Source: an uncultured Acidobacteriota bacterium (lineage in GTDB: Bacteria > Acidobacteriota > Vicinamibacteria > Vicinamibacterales > 2-12-FULL-66-21). Taken from it: DNA of 64,000 bases. The stretch is from the NCBI GenBank assembly GCA_963725145.1, contig CAVRXL010000010.1, positions 410,693 through 474,692 of the forward strand, given 5' to 3'. How positions within the stretch are numbered: position 1 is the stretch's first letter; each line of letters starts with the position of its first letter. Both the position numbers and the translations under genes were made by a program. Positions 11,682-20,800 of the stretch are shown one piece after another. The notes under the pieces were generated by a model. It ran no database searches and was not told the origin of the DNA. It worked only from the letters and a program-made list of their open reading frames with translations.

Positions 11682-13129
11682 GGCCTCGCGACCTTCCGGT
11701 TCGCGTGGCGCGACGGGTCGGCCGCAAACTGCTGCTTACAGGTGTCCGAGCAAAAGAAGAACACGTGTCCGCCATGCGCCGCCGTGCGGCCGGCGTTGCC
11801 GGCTTCCCTGGGATCCACGTGCATCCCGCACACCGGATCGAGCACCGGCGCCGCCGGCGCCCGCCGCGTTGGGGCTTTCATGCGGCTCTCCGAATCGATG
11901 AAGAACGTGCCCGAGATCACGATCCGCTCGCCCGGCACGAGCCCGTTCGTCACCTCGACGTCGTCGCCGAAGCGCGACCCCGTCTCGATCAGCCGCGGCT
12001 CGAAGTAGCCGTGGCCGCTGTCGACGAACACCGTTTTGCGCAGCCCCGAGTCCACGATCGCATCCGCCGGCACGACGAGCGCCGGTGGGACGTCGACCGG
12101 AAACTCCACGTCAACGAACATGCCGGGCTTGAGCGCCAGACTCGGGTTCGCCGCCTCGAGCCGCACCTGCAGCGTCTGCGTCGCCTCGTCGAAAATCGGC
12201 TCCGAGGTGCTCACCGCCGCCGGCAGCGCGCGGCGCGCTTCGGCCGTGGTGATCCGCGCCGAGGCGCCGCGGCGGATGAACGGCAGCTGGTGGCGGTACA
12301 CGTCAGCCAGGATCCACACGCGGTTCAGATCCGCGATCCGGTAGAACTCGAAGCCGCGATCGAACCGGAGGCCGGGCGAGACGCTGCGCTTCAGCACGAC
12401 GCCGTCCACCGGCGACTCCACGCGGATATCAGGCACGACCTCCCGGCGAGTGGCCATCTCTTGCAGCTGCGAATTGGAGACGCCCATGGTCCGCAGCTCA
12501 TCGGCCATCCGGTCGATCGCGTCGGCGCCGCGCACCGAGGCGTGCGACCGCGACTGGGGCTGTTGGGGCTGCGTGACCGCCATCCGATAGAACGCCTCGA
12601 CGCCGGTGTAGTACGACTGCTGCGCACTCCTGAACTCGACTTCGGGCGCAAGGAACGACGCGAGCACCTGGTCCTTCTTCACAGCCTCGCCCGTTGCTAC
12701 GCTTTCCACCTTCCGGATCCAGCCGCTCACGGCTGCGACGATCGGATACGTGCGGTTCTCGTCCGGCGCCACGCGCCCGGTCGTCCGCAGCAGCCGGGTG
12801 CCCGCGAACCGGGTGACGACACCGAGCCGGACGCCGATCGCCTGCTGCCGCTCCGGACTCACCTGCACCGCGCCGTGCGGGAGGGCGCGCGCCTCGGCGT
12901 CGCCGCCCGTTACCCTGGTTGCACGATCCGCCTCGAGCGACATGCCGCAGATCGGGCAGGTGCCGGAATTGCCGCTGCGGTAGTCCGGGTGCATCGGGCA
13001 GGTGTAGACGGTGGCGGCGTGCGCGCTCGCGTGCGCAGCGCCGGCGCGGTGCGCCCACCACGTGCCGCCGGCGAACGAGCCCGCGCCGAGCGAAACAGCG
13101 ACAGCCGTGACGGCAATGATACGTTTCAT
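11678..13129 (-). CDS. cusB: CusB-type RND periplasmic adaptor with an N-terminal heavy-metal-binding motif and a C-terminal YHS/TRASH-like domain
   Basis: 483-aa ORF with GGAGG before the ATG. It has a signal/anchor (MKRIIAVTAVAVSLGAGSFAG) followed by VYTCPMHPDYRSGNSGTCPICGMSL. The central part is HlyD/CusB-like, with barrel-sandwich and beta-barrel regions. The C-terminus reads VLDPVCGMHVDPREAG..HGGHVFFFCSDTCKQQFAADP (YHS-like). Confidence 0.9.
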   Translation of the reverse strand: MKRIIAVTAVAVSLGAGSFAGGTWWAHRAGAAHASAHAATVYTCPMHPDYRSGNSGTCPICGMSLEADRATRVTGGDAEARALPHGAVQVSPERQQAIGVRLGVVTRFAGTRLLRTTGRVAPDENRTYPIVAAVSGWIRKVESVATGEAVKKDQVLASFLAPEVEFRSAQQSYYTGVEAFYRMAVTQPQQPQSRSHASVRGADAIDRMADELRTMGVSNSQLQEMATRREVVPDIRVESPVDGVVLKRSVSPGLRFDRGFEFYRIADLNRVWILADVYRHQLPFIRRGASARITTAEARRALPAAVSTSEPIFDEATQTLQVRLEAANPSLALKPGMFVDVEFPVDVPPALVVPADAIVDSGLRKTVFVDSGHGYFEPRLIETGSRFGDDVEVTNGLVPGERIVISGTFFIDSESRMKAPTRRAPAAPVLDPVCGMHVDPREAGNAGRTAAHGGHVFFFCSDTCKQQFAADPSRHANRKVARP

Positions 13130-13195
13130 GATCGTGGCCTCCGCGTCAGCTCGCCGCCAGCGCGGCGTCCTGCCGGCGTTCGTCGTTCTTCCATG

Positions 13196-13513
13196 TCATG
13201 CGACCGTTGACCGGTACGACTGCACCATCACGAGGAGCAGCGTAAGCGCCGGCAGAGCAACATGCGACAGGCCTTCGCGGTGCCTGATCAGGGTTGCGAG
13301 TGCGCCGACCAGCACGAGGGCGAGGCTTGCCGCACCAACGAGTTCGAGTCCTGGCCACCAGAAGAGGGCGAGCGCGGCAAGTTCGGCAATGCCGGTGGCA
13401 TACATGAACTGCCGCGAATAGCCCCAGCGATCCCAGTTCGGCGCCACCTTGCCGGTGAGTTTCTGCACTGCGGCGCCAACGAAGATCACGCTGATCAGCA
13501 GCTGCAGGATCAC
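13196..13513 (-). CDS. DoxX-family small integral membrane protein
   Basis: 105-aa ORF with hydrophobic segments. The sequence ..[44 protein letters not shown].. matches the DoxX pattern. Its GTG start overlaps the stop of the upstream tyrosinase gene (GTGA). Confidence 0.75.
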   Translation of the reverse strand: MILQLLISVIFVGAAVQKLTGKVAPNWDRWGYSRQFMYATGIAELAALALFWWPGLELVGAASLALVLVGALATLIRHREGLSHVALPALTLLLVMVQSYRSTVA

Positions 13514-15759
13514 TGCTGCTTTCCTCCCGAAGGCAGCGACCCATGCGCGCCACCGCGCGAACCGCCAAGGGCACGCTCGTGGAGAGTCTTGTAGGTGCGA
13601 TCTCTCTCGGCGGCCTCCTCTGTGGACAGGCGTTGTGGCTTGGGCGGCTTTTCATAGGCGTCATACTCGTAGCCCATCTGCGCGGTACGATCACTCGCGC
13701 TGACCGGTAGATCCGCGCGCTTGTTGCTTCTGTCCCCATACGAGAAAATGCGATTGAGATACTTGGGATCGGTAGGATTCTTGTTCCCGAGCTGATTCCA
13801 GCTTTCCCAAATACGATCGATGTTGGCGTGATGGATATAGAACATCGGGTCGCCACCGACGGTGGAGAATTCGGCCATGTCGCCGCCGAGTGCGAAATGC
13901 GTAAAGAAGTGCGGGTTCTGGTCCATCCTCGGATTGAACCCAATGTTCCCCGTCGGCGAGTTGATGTAGGTCTTCTCGTTGAGGGCGTCCAGATTGATCC
14001 ATTCCTTGTAGAGGATGTCGATCCGCTCGCCCCCGTTGACCCAGGGCCAGCGCGTGCCGTTGTACAGCGTGGTGCCCGGGACCCGGAACATGGCCGGGAC
14101 GATGAAATCGTCGGGGTTGCCGGTGACCGGGTTCCAGTAAGGAAGTGAAAAATCCTCGTCCTGCAGCACTTCGCGAATGACGCCTTCGAACTGGGCGAGC
14201 ATCAGCCGATGCCACGGCAGGAAGTACCACTGCTGAAACTGCTCGGGGTTCGACGGGTTGAACGGGTGCGCCTGGCACCCGTTCCATACGGCCTCCGCAT
14301 CGGCTCGCGCCTCCGGCGGCAGCGATGCAATCAATTCGGTCTTGAGCTTCCGGGAGTGATCCCACAGGAACGCCGGAAATCCCTTGATCCAGTGGGTATT
14401 CCACCACCACTGCCACGAACGCTGATCGTGTTGCGGCAACTCCCGCATGATCTCGATCGCCTGCGCGTACTTCGCGAGCATCACCTGGCCCTGCGGGCTG
14501 TTGACGTTGTAGCGCGTGTAGAGTCTCTTCGGACCCTGGGAAGGCGCTGCCGCCGCGGTCGTTGCAGCCGTCGTAGGCTGTTGGGAAAGGGCCGGGGTTG
14601 CGCTCGCAGCCGTAGCCGGAGCCTGCGAAGGCGCCGCGGCCGCGCTCTTGCCAGCAGCTGTTGGCGGCGGCGCACCGAACTGCAGCTCCAGAATGTCGTG
14701 CATCGCCGTGTGCGTTGAGAGTGTCGGGTCGAGGAACACCAGCGCCCCCGCCGACTGCATCATCCCGCTCACCAGGTGAAAGCGATTGCCGATCACCCCG
14801 CCCGCGATGCCGTGACGCGGCATCGGCATGGAGGGCAGCGTCATCCACGAATTCGTCACCGGGTCGTACGCCTCGACGCTTTTAAACGCCCCGACCAGAT
14901 CCTTGGTCGTCACCTCGCCGCCGGCGACGTAGATCCGGCGCCCGTCCGTCCCAGAGGCGCCTCCGCTTCGCGCGGTCGGCATCCGCTCCTTCGGAACACT
15001 CCACGTGTTCGAGATCGGGTTGTACTCCTCTACGACGTCCGTGTTGGTGGCCGACAGGATGAAGCCGTGACCGGTGCGCCCGCCAATGACGTAGATCTTG
15101 CCGTTGACGACGCCGCTGAACGCGTGATTACGCGGCACCGACATTGGCGCGCGGCTCTCCCATTTGTTCGTCGCGGGGTCGTACACTTCGTTCGTGCCGA
15201 GGACGCGAGACGGTCCGAAGAAGCTGAAGAACGGGTCCTTCGATCCTTCCATCGTCGTGGCGCCGCCGATCACGTAGATCTTGCCGCCGACTTCCGCGGC
15301 GATCGCCGATCCGCGCTTGCCGGGCAACGGCGGCAGCGACTTCCAGGAATCGGCCGCCGGGTCGTATTCCCACGCGTTGTCAATCGGTTCCCAGGCGCCG
15401 CCAACGGGGATGGCGGTGTCCTTCGGGGGGACGAAGCCGCCGATCACATAGATCTTGCCGTTCGCAGCGGCGAGGGCCGCATGGTGGGCCGGCCGCGGCA
15501 TCGACGTCTTCTTCGTCCATTTGTCGGTGACCGGGTCGTATTGGTAAGCAACGCCCCGAGCCTTGCCTCCGTCCCAGCCGCCAAACACGTAGAGTTTGCC
15601 GTTCAACGGAACGCCGTAGAGCTCCTCATCGGGCTCCGGAAATGGTGCGCCCTTCTTCCAGGGCGATGTTGGCATCTGCGCCAGTGCGGTCGTGACGACC
15701 ACCAGGCAGGTGATCAACACGGCCAGCATGGCAGTTCCTCGTTTCAACACGTTCGACAT
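13510..15759 (-). CDS. Exported fusion protein: six-bladed Kelch beta-propeller, Ala/Pro/Thr/Ser linker, and a type-3 copper tyrosinase / polyphenol-oxidase domain
   Basis: 749-aa ORF with Sec signal [28 protein letters not shown]. Six Kelch-like blades are marked by [45 protein letters not shown] and [10 protein letters not shown] low-complexity linker occupies aa ~361-410. Tyrosinase blocks are [21 protein letters not shown] and [15 protein letters not shown] (the CuB signature D-P-x-F-x-x2-H-x3-D). Confidence 0.9.
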   Translation of the reverse strand: MSNVLKRGTAMLAVLITCLVVVTTALAQMPTSPWKKGAPFPEPDEELYGVPLNGKLYVFGGWDGGKARGVAYQYDPVTDKWTKKTSMPRPAHHAALAAANGKIYVIGGFVPPKDTAIPVGGAWEPIDNAWEYDPAADSWKSLPPLPGKRGSAIAAEVGGKIYVIGGATTMEGSKDPFFSFFGPSRVLGTNEVYDPATNKWESRAPMSVPRNHAFSGVVNGKIYVIGGRTGHGFILSATNTDVVEEYNPISNTWSVPKERMPTARSGGASGTDGRRIYVAGGEVTTKDLVGAFKSVEAYDPVTNSWMTLPSMPMPRHGIAGGVIGNRFHLVSGMMQSAGALVFLDPTLSTHTAMHDILELQFGAPPPTAAGKSAAAAPSQAPATAASATPALSQQPTTAATTAAAAPSQGPKRLYTRYNVNSPQGQVMLAKYAQAIEIMRELPQHDQRSWQWWWNTHWIKGFPAFLWDHSRKLKTELIASLPPEARADAEAVWNGCQAHPFNPSNPEQFQQWYFLPWHRLMLAQFEGVIREVLQDEDFSLPYWNPVTGNPDDFIVPAMFRVPGTTLYNGTRWPWVNGGERIDILYKEWINLDALNEKTYINSPTGNIGFNPRMDQNPHFFTHFALGGDMAEFSTVGGDPMFYIHHANIDRIWESWNQLGNKNPTDPKYLNRIFSYGDRSNKRADLPVSASDRTAQMGYEYDAYEKPPKPQRLSTEEAAERDRTYKTLHERALGGSRGGAHGSLPSGGKQQ

Positions 15760-15799
15760 AAGTGGTCTCCTTTCACGGTCGTTGACGATGTATCAGGTC

Positions 15800-16555
15800 C
15801 TATCGCGTATTGACGATCAGGCCAAACAAGAGGTAGTCGACGGTTCTACTGCCGTCACTGGTCTCCCACATGTAGGATGGCTGGAAGAACACGCGCTTGT
15901 TGAGTGGCAACGTGACGCCAGTCCAAACGCGCACTCTGTTCCATCCACCATCCTGCTCATAGTAGGTTTCGTATGCGGCAAAGGGCTTCCAGACGTGCCC
16001 TCGAACCGTGAGGGGATGCGCGATCGCAATTTTTCCGCGGTAACGGTTCGTATCGTTCGCTGGCACTGGACGGAACCGTCTGACATACATGTTGCGGCCG
16101 GAGATCTCGAACTTGCGAACGGAGAACGCCACGGTTCCGTCAATTCGAAACTGGTGCTCGTCGTAGCTGTCGGTGAATCGTCCCGGCTGCGGCGGCAGCT
16201 TATTGAGCCCGCTTGCAGGAACCGAGTAATACATGTAGCTGGGAGTCACCGTCAGAAACTTTGCCGTCCGAATTGGAACGTCAACTTGTGCGACTGGTGT
16301 GTCTAATCTGCCGATGTAAAACCCATACAGTTTCAGATCGATCTGTTTCTGCACCGGGGTACTCAGCACCATCCAGGCCGAAGGCGCGAAGAGTGCGCCA
16401 CGTCCATCGCCTGGATCGGGTACAGCAGGTACAGTAGGTGGGTCTACGTTTTCTTGGGCAGCACACGGTGCGCCGAGCGACATCAAACAGACCACCAGAG
16501 CACTTGGCACGAGATACCGCGCAGACCTTGTGAACCCTCGCATAACCATCTCCAC
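15800..16555 (-). CDS. Putative outer-membrane beta-barrel protein (DUF2490-like); function unknown
   Basis: 251-aa ORF with a signal peptide (..LVVCLMSLGAPCAAQ). It has alternating-hydrophobicity strands rich in Y/F/W/R (KLYGFYIGRL, FLTVTPSYMYYSV, FEISGRNMYVRRF, FFQPSYMWETS). It ends 40 bp upstream of the tyrosinase start. The family call is from memory only. Confidence 0.6.
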   Translation of the reverse strand: MEMVMRGFTRSARYLVPSALVVCLMSLGAPCAAQENVDPPTVPAVPDPGDGRGALFAPSAWMVLSTPVQKQIDLKLYGFYIGRLDTPVAQVDVPIRTAKFLTVTPSYMYYSVPASGLNKLPPQPGRFTDSYDEHQFRIDGTVAFSVRKFEISGRNMYVRRFRPVPANDTNRYRGKIAIAHPLTVRGHVWKPFAAYETYYEQDGGWNRVRVWTGVTLPLNKRVFFQPSYMWETSDGSRTVDYLLFGLIVNTR

Positions 16556-16913
16556 GGACCTCGTCCATCGACGCGACAGTCACCGTTCGGCGAAACCTCG
16601 TTGCGAGGTCCCTTCCGCTACGCGTCGTGAGATGGCAACGGCGATGCCGGCGCACAATGCCTCGTGAACACGCCAGAATTGGCGTTTTTGCCTGCGCACA
16701 CCGCGCAAATGAGTGTGTGGTTTCGCGCGATGTGTGCGATCACACGCAGCCGCCGTTCAGGCACGCTTGGCGTTGATGCGCCCGGCCACGAGAAGGCAAT
16801 TACGTCGATCTCGCCGCGTTTCTCACGGATTGCCTTACGAGCGAGTAGAGAGGCTGTGAGTGCCGAGCGGGAGGCATCACCTTTGCCGTGCACTTCGACC
16901 GGAGAGGTCAAAG

Positions 16914-17813
16914 ATGGCAAGGCAAAAGGTCATAACGGGTCTGGTTGTCGTTCTCGCATTCGCGTGCGCGGCGAACGCAGGCTTTGCGCAAACGCAGGCG
17001 ACAACAACCAACGCAACACAGACATCAGGCGGTGACGGTCAGTCTGCCGCCGCACAGGCCCAGGAGGCGAGTAATCCCTTCGCCAAGAGTTGGCTGATGC
17101 AGTTGCAGCAGAACAACAATTGGACGGAGATGCCCCGCGGCGACGATCACACTCGGGTGCAGAGTAATCTGGTGTTCCAGCCGTTGATGAGTCTCAGGCT
17201 GACCGAGAAGCAGGGGCTGGTTGTCCGCCCCATGGTGACCATCGTTAATTCCATCCCCCATTTCGATCAGAGCGGCCAGAATGAACGGACCGCCGGGTTC
17301 GGCGACACCGTTCTCGCATTTGCGCTGCCGCGTCCGTTCTTCGGCGGCCGGCTCACGGTCGGCGCAGGCCCGACGTTCATCTTCCCTACGGCATCGAAGG
17401 ATCTGCTCAGCCAGGACACATGGCAGGTGGGGCCTGATGCGGGAGCCGTGTTGCTCGGCAAGAACTTCATCGCCTACGGCTTCGTGCAGCAATGGTTCAA
17501 AATCGGGGGAGACGGCGAGGACACGAACCACATGAACGGAACGTTCAACTTCACGTACATGCTCGCAAACGGGTTCACGATAGGCACCCAGCCGAACCTC
17601 TCGGTCGATTGGGAGGCGCCCGAAGACAACCGAGTGGCATTTTCGATCGGACCACAGATAGGAAAGCTCTGCAGATGCGGGGGCCTGCCGACGTTGTTCC
17701 AGTTGCAGGTTCAGTACTACCCGGTTCGCCCAGATGTCGCCGGTCCGAAGTGGAATATTCAGCTGCAAGCGACGCCGACGATCCCGGCCCTCATCAAGAA
17801 AGCGCTCTTCTGA
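16914..17813 (+). CDS. Outer-membrane beta-barrel channel, possibly of the 'MetA-pathway of phenol degradation'/transporter family; assignment tentative
   Basis: The ATG at 16914 lies inside ORF 16860..17813 and follows GGAGAG. The signal peptide is MARQKVITGLVVVLAFACAANAGFAQ. The body has beta-strand periodicity and a terminal ..ALIKKALF (C-terminal Phe). Confidence 0.65.
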   Translation: MARQKVITGLVVVLAFACAANAGFAQTQATTTNATQTSGGDGQSAAAQAQEASNPFAKSWLMQLQQNNNWTEMPRGDDHTRVQSNLVFQPLMSLRLTEKQGLVVRPMVTIVNSIPHFDQSGQNERTAGFGDTVLAFALPRPFFGGRLTVGAGPTFIFPTASKDLLSQDTWQVGPDAGAVLLGKNFIAYGFVQQWFKIGGDGEDTNHMNGTFNFTYMLANGFTIGTQPNLSVDWEAPEDNRVAFSIGPQIGKLCRCGGLPTLFQLQVQYYPVRPDVAGPKWNIQLQATPTIPALIKKALF

Positions 17814-17890
17814 CTGTGAGCAGAGTTTTCTGCACCGTTCCTGGTTCAGACAGCTCCCGCGCAGGCAGGACAGATCGTAAATGCTGGCGT

Positions 17891-20800
17891 ATGGATCCTC
17901 GCCGACCGCGCCTCCTTCGTATCACCCGGGCCTGCGCCACGGCTGCGGCCAGCCTGAGCTCGTTGCTCATCTGCGTACTCGTGTCGGCGGGGCCCGCCTA
18001 TGGCTTGGATCCGGATAAGCGAGTCACTCAGTACATTCACACGTCCTGGCGAATTCAGGATGGCTCGCTGCCGGCCGGCATGTTCTCGATCACCCAAACC
18101 TCCGACGGCTTTCTCTGGTTGTTATCTCTCCCAGGCGAGGTCTACAGGTTCGACGGTGTTCGGTTCGTACGTTGGCCTGTCCCTCCCGGTCCTTCAGGGA
18201 AGGTCTTTGCCGACAGCGCCGGCGGTCTCTGGGTAACCGCGACAGAGCTCGTTCACCTGAAGAATGGGGTTGTCGCTTCTCATTTCGAGTTGGCAGGCAC
18301 TCACGGGTTTCAAAGCATCAGCGAAGATCCTGAGGGCACTGTGTGGGTCGGGCTACGCGGAGAAGACGCGCCGCTCTGCAGCGCGAGCGACCACGGGGTC
18401 AAGTGTTTCGGAAAGAGCGATGGGCTTCCGCTTAGCGAGATCAATGCGGTGCTGCCCGATGGCAGCGGTGGCTTATGGCTGGGAGGATCGACCGCCCTCG
18501 TTCGCTGGAACCGTGGTGGTGTGTCCGAGACGTACCCGGTCAAAGCCCCCATATCGAGTCTGGCCCGCACGCCCGATGGAACGCTCTGGGTGGGCCTGTC
18601 GGAGGAGGGACCAGGGCTGGGGCTTCAAGAGCTAGGCGACGGTGTTCTGAAGACCTTCGTCACCCCGCACTTCGACGGAAGCAAAGTCAGCGTCACCAGT
18701 CTGATGGTGGATCGTGACGGCAACCTCTGGGCCGGCACCGATGCTAGCGGTGTCGTTCGTATCCATGGAGACGCCGTCGAACGCTACCGTCAGACGGACG
18801 GCCTTTCCGGCGATTCCGTGTGGGCCCTGTTTGAAGACCGTGAAGGCATCGTCTGGGCGGGAACCACGAGCGGCATAGACAGCTTCCGCGATCCGCGTGT
18901 CGTCACCTTCTCGGCTGTACAAGGGTTGGGAAAGGATCTGGCAGCCGGCATTCTGGCCAGCCGAGACGGCACGCTCTGGGTGGCAAATCACGGGTCGCTC
19001 GACCGGATCAGGAACGGGACGGTCACATCCATCGACAGCAGCAATGGTCTTCCGGGGAACCAAGTCGCCGCCATGCTGGAAGACCGCGCCGGCAACATGT
19101 GGGTAGGAGTGGACGACGGACTGTATCTCTTCAAAGATGGGCGATTCCGTCGTCTGCCGGAACCAGACCACCAGCCGCTCGGAATGGTGGTTGGACTGAC
19201 CGAGGATGTCGACGGAAATATCTGGGCAGCATGCGGCAGACCAAGAAAGCTCGTGCGAATACGCGATTTCCAGGTGCGCGACGTGTTCACTGCCGCGCAG
19301 GTTCCGCCTGGATCTCATCACCTTGCTCCGGACCCACACGGAGGGATTTGGATCGCGACATCAACAGGAGACGTCGTGTTGATGCGGAACGGCACGGTCG
19401 AAACGACGATTCCGCTCGATCCCAGAAGTTCTCCGTTGAATCGGCACATCGTCGCTGGCGCAGATGGCTCCGTTCTCGTCGGCTCCGAAAACGGTCTGCT
19501 GGGCTGGCGTGCGGGCAAAGTCCGGCGGATGACCACGAAAAACGGCCTGCCCTGCGACTTCGTCATCGCGTTCATTCAGGACACGGAACAGCAGTGGTGG
19601 CTGTATACCCGCTGCGGTGTCGTGGGCTTCCCGGACGCTGAGCTCCAGAAGTGGTGGGCGAACCCGGATGCCATGATTCGGAACCGCGTCTACGATGCGT
19701 TCGACGGCGCCCAGCCAAACATCGGTTCTTTCAACGCAGCGGCGTCGACTTCCGATGGGCGCGTGTGGTTCTCCAGCGGAGTCGTCGTACAGATGCTGGA
19801 CCCGTCCAGGATCTCGCAACCAGCCAGGCCGGCGGCAGCTTCCGTCGAGTCCGTGATCGTCGACCGAGAGGAATTCGCGGCTGTTGACAACCTCGAGTTT
19901 GGCCCGCACCCGCGCGACTTGCAGATCGACTACACGTCGCCGACCTTCTCGATCCCACAGAAGGTCAAGTTTCGCTACAAGCTCGATGGCTTCGACGCCG
20001 GTTGGCATGAAGCCGGTCTGCGGCGGCAGGCGTTCTACACCGATGTGCCCCCGGGGAAGTACACGTTCCGCGTGATGGCGGCCAACAGCGACGGCGTCTG
20101 GAACGAGCGCGCCGCAACCCTGAAGTTCTCCATCGCTCCGGCGTACTACCAGACGACCTGGTTTCGCGCAGTGTCCGCGGTTGCGTTCGTGGCGCTCCTA
20201 TGGGCGGCGCACCGGTATCGGATGCGCCATGTGCAACAGTCGTTTGCTCTGACGCTCGAGGCACGGGTCGGAGAACGCACGCGAATCGCACGGGAGCTGC
20301 ACGACACGCTGCTGCAAAGTTTCCACGGTGTGTTGCTGCGCTTTCAGACGGCGTCGTACCTGCTGTCGGAACGCCCGGCAGAGGCGAAAGAGAAACTGGA
20401 TGACGCGATCGAACATGCGGCGAACGCAATCACCGAAGGCCGCGACGCGGTGCAGGGCTTGCGGACGTCAACCATCGAACGGAACGATCTGGCCAAGGCG
20501 ATCAGAACGCTCGGCGACGAGCTCGCGGCCAACGCGAGTGACCACCCTCCTTCCGGCTTCCACGTCGTTGTCGAGGGGGAGCCGAGGGATCTGCACCCGA
20601 TCGTGCGTGACGAGATCTACAAGATTGCTGCGGAAGCACTTCGGAATGCCTTCCGGCACGCGCATGCCGGACGGGTCGAGGTCGACATCCGCTACGACGA
20701 CGAGCAATTCCGATTGCGCGTGCGCGACGATGGCAGGGGGATCGATCCGGCGGTGCTCGCCAACCAGGGTGTGGAGGGACACTACGGCCTGCGCGGCATG

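Noticed and set aside
8376-12008. 1210-aa plus-strand ORF, the longest ORF in the track
   Set aside because: It is entirely antisense to cusA and cusB. The composition is Arg/Asp/His/Pro-rich low complexity with no recognisable domain. This is typical of shadow ORFs in GC-rich DNA. The same applies to 9862..11526(-), 11705..13210(+), 13691..14848(-), 14776..15813(+), 28724..30309(+), 29456..31163(-), 30362..31582(+), 32734..34898, 40895..41998(+), 45724..47100(-), 47668..49717, 51830..53011(-), 56846..58964, 59162..60283(-), 60463..62566 and 62274..63206(-).
16618-16920. 100-aa minus-strand ORF in the divergent OMP intergenic region (..EIDVIAFSWPGASTPSVPERRL..HTLICAVCAGKN..)
   Set aside because: It faintly recalls a decayed thioredoxin-like FW.(S)WC..C block, but the Cys motif is absent. 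It overlaps the start of the 16914 gene and lies where the divergent promoters must be. I treat it as non-coding or a relic.
17492-17890. 133-codon N-terminal extension of the histidine kinase ORF
   Set aside because: It overlaps the 3' half of the OMP gene (16914..17813) in another frame. The in-frame ATG at 17891 gives a normal positively charged N-terminus plus a hydrophobic anchor.
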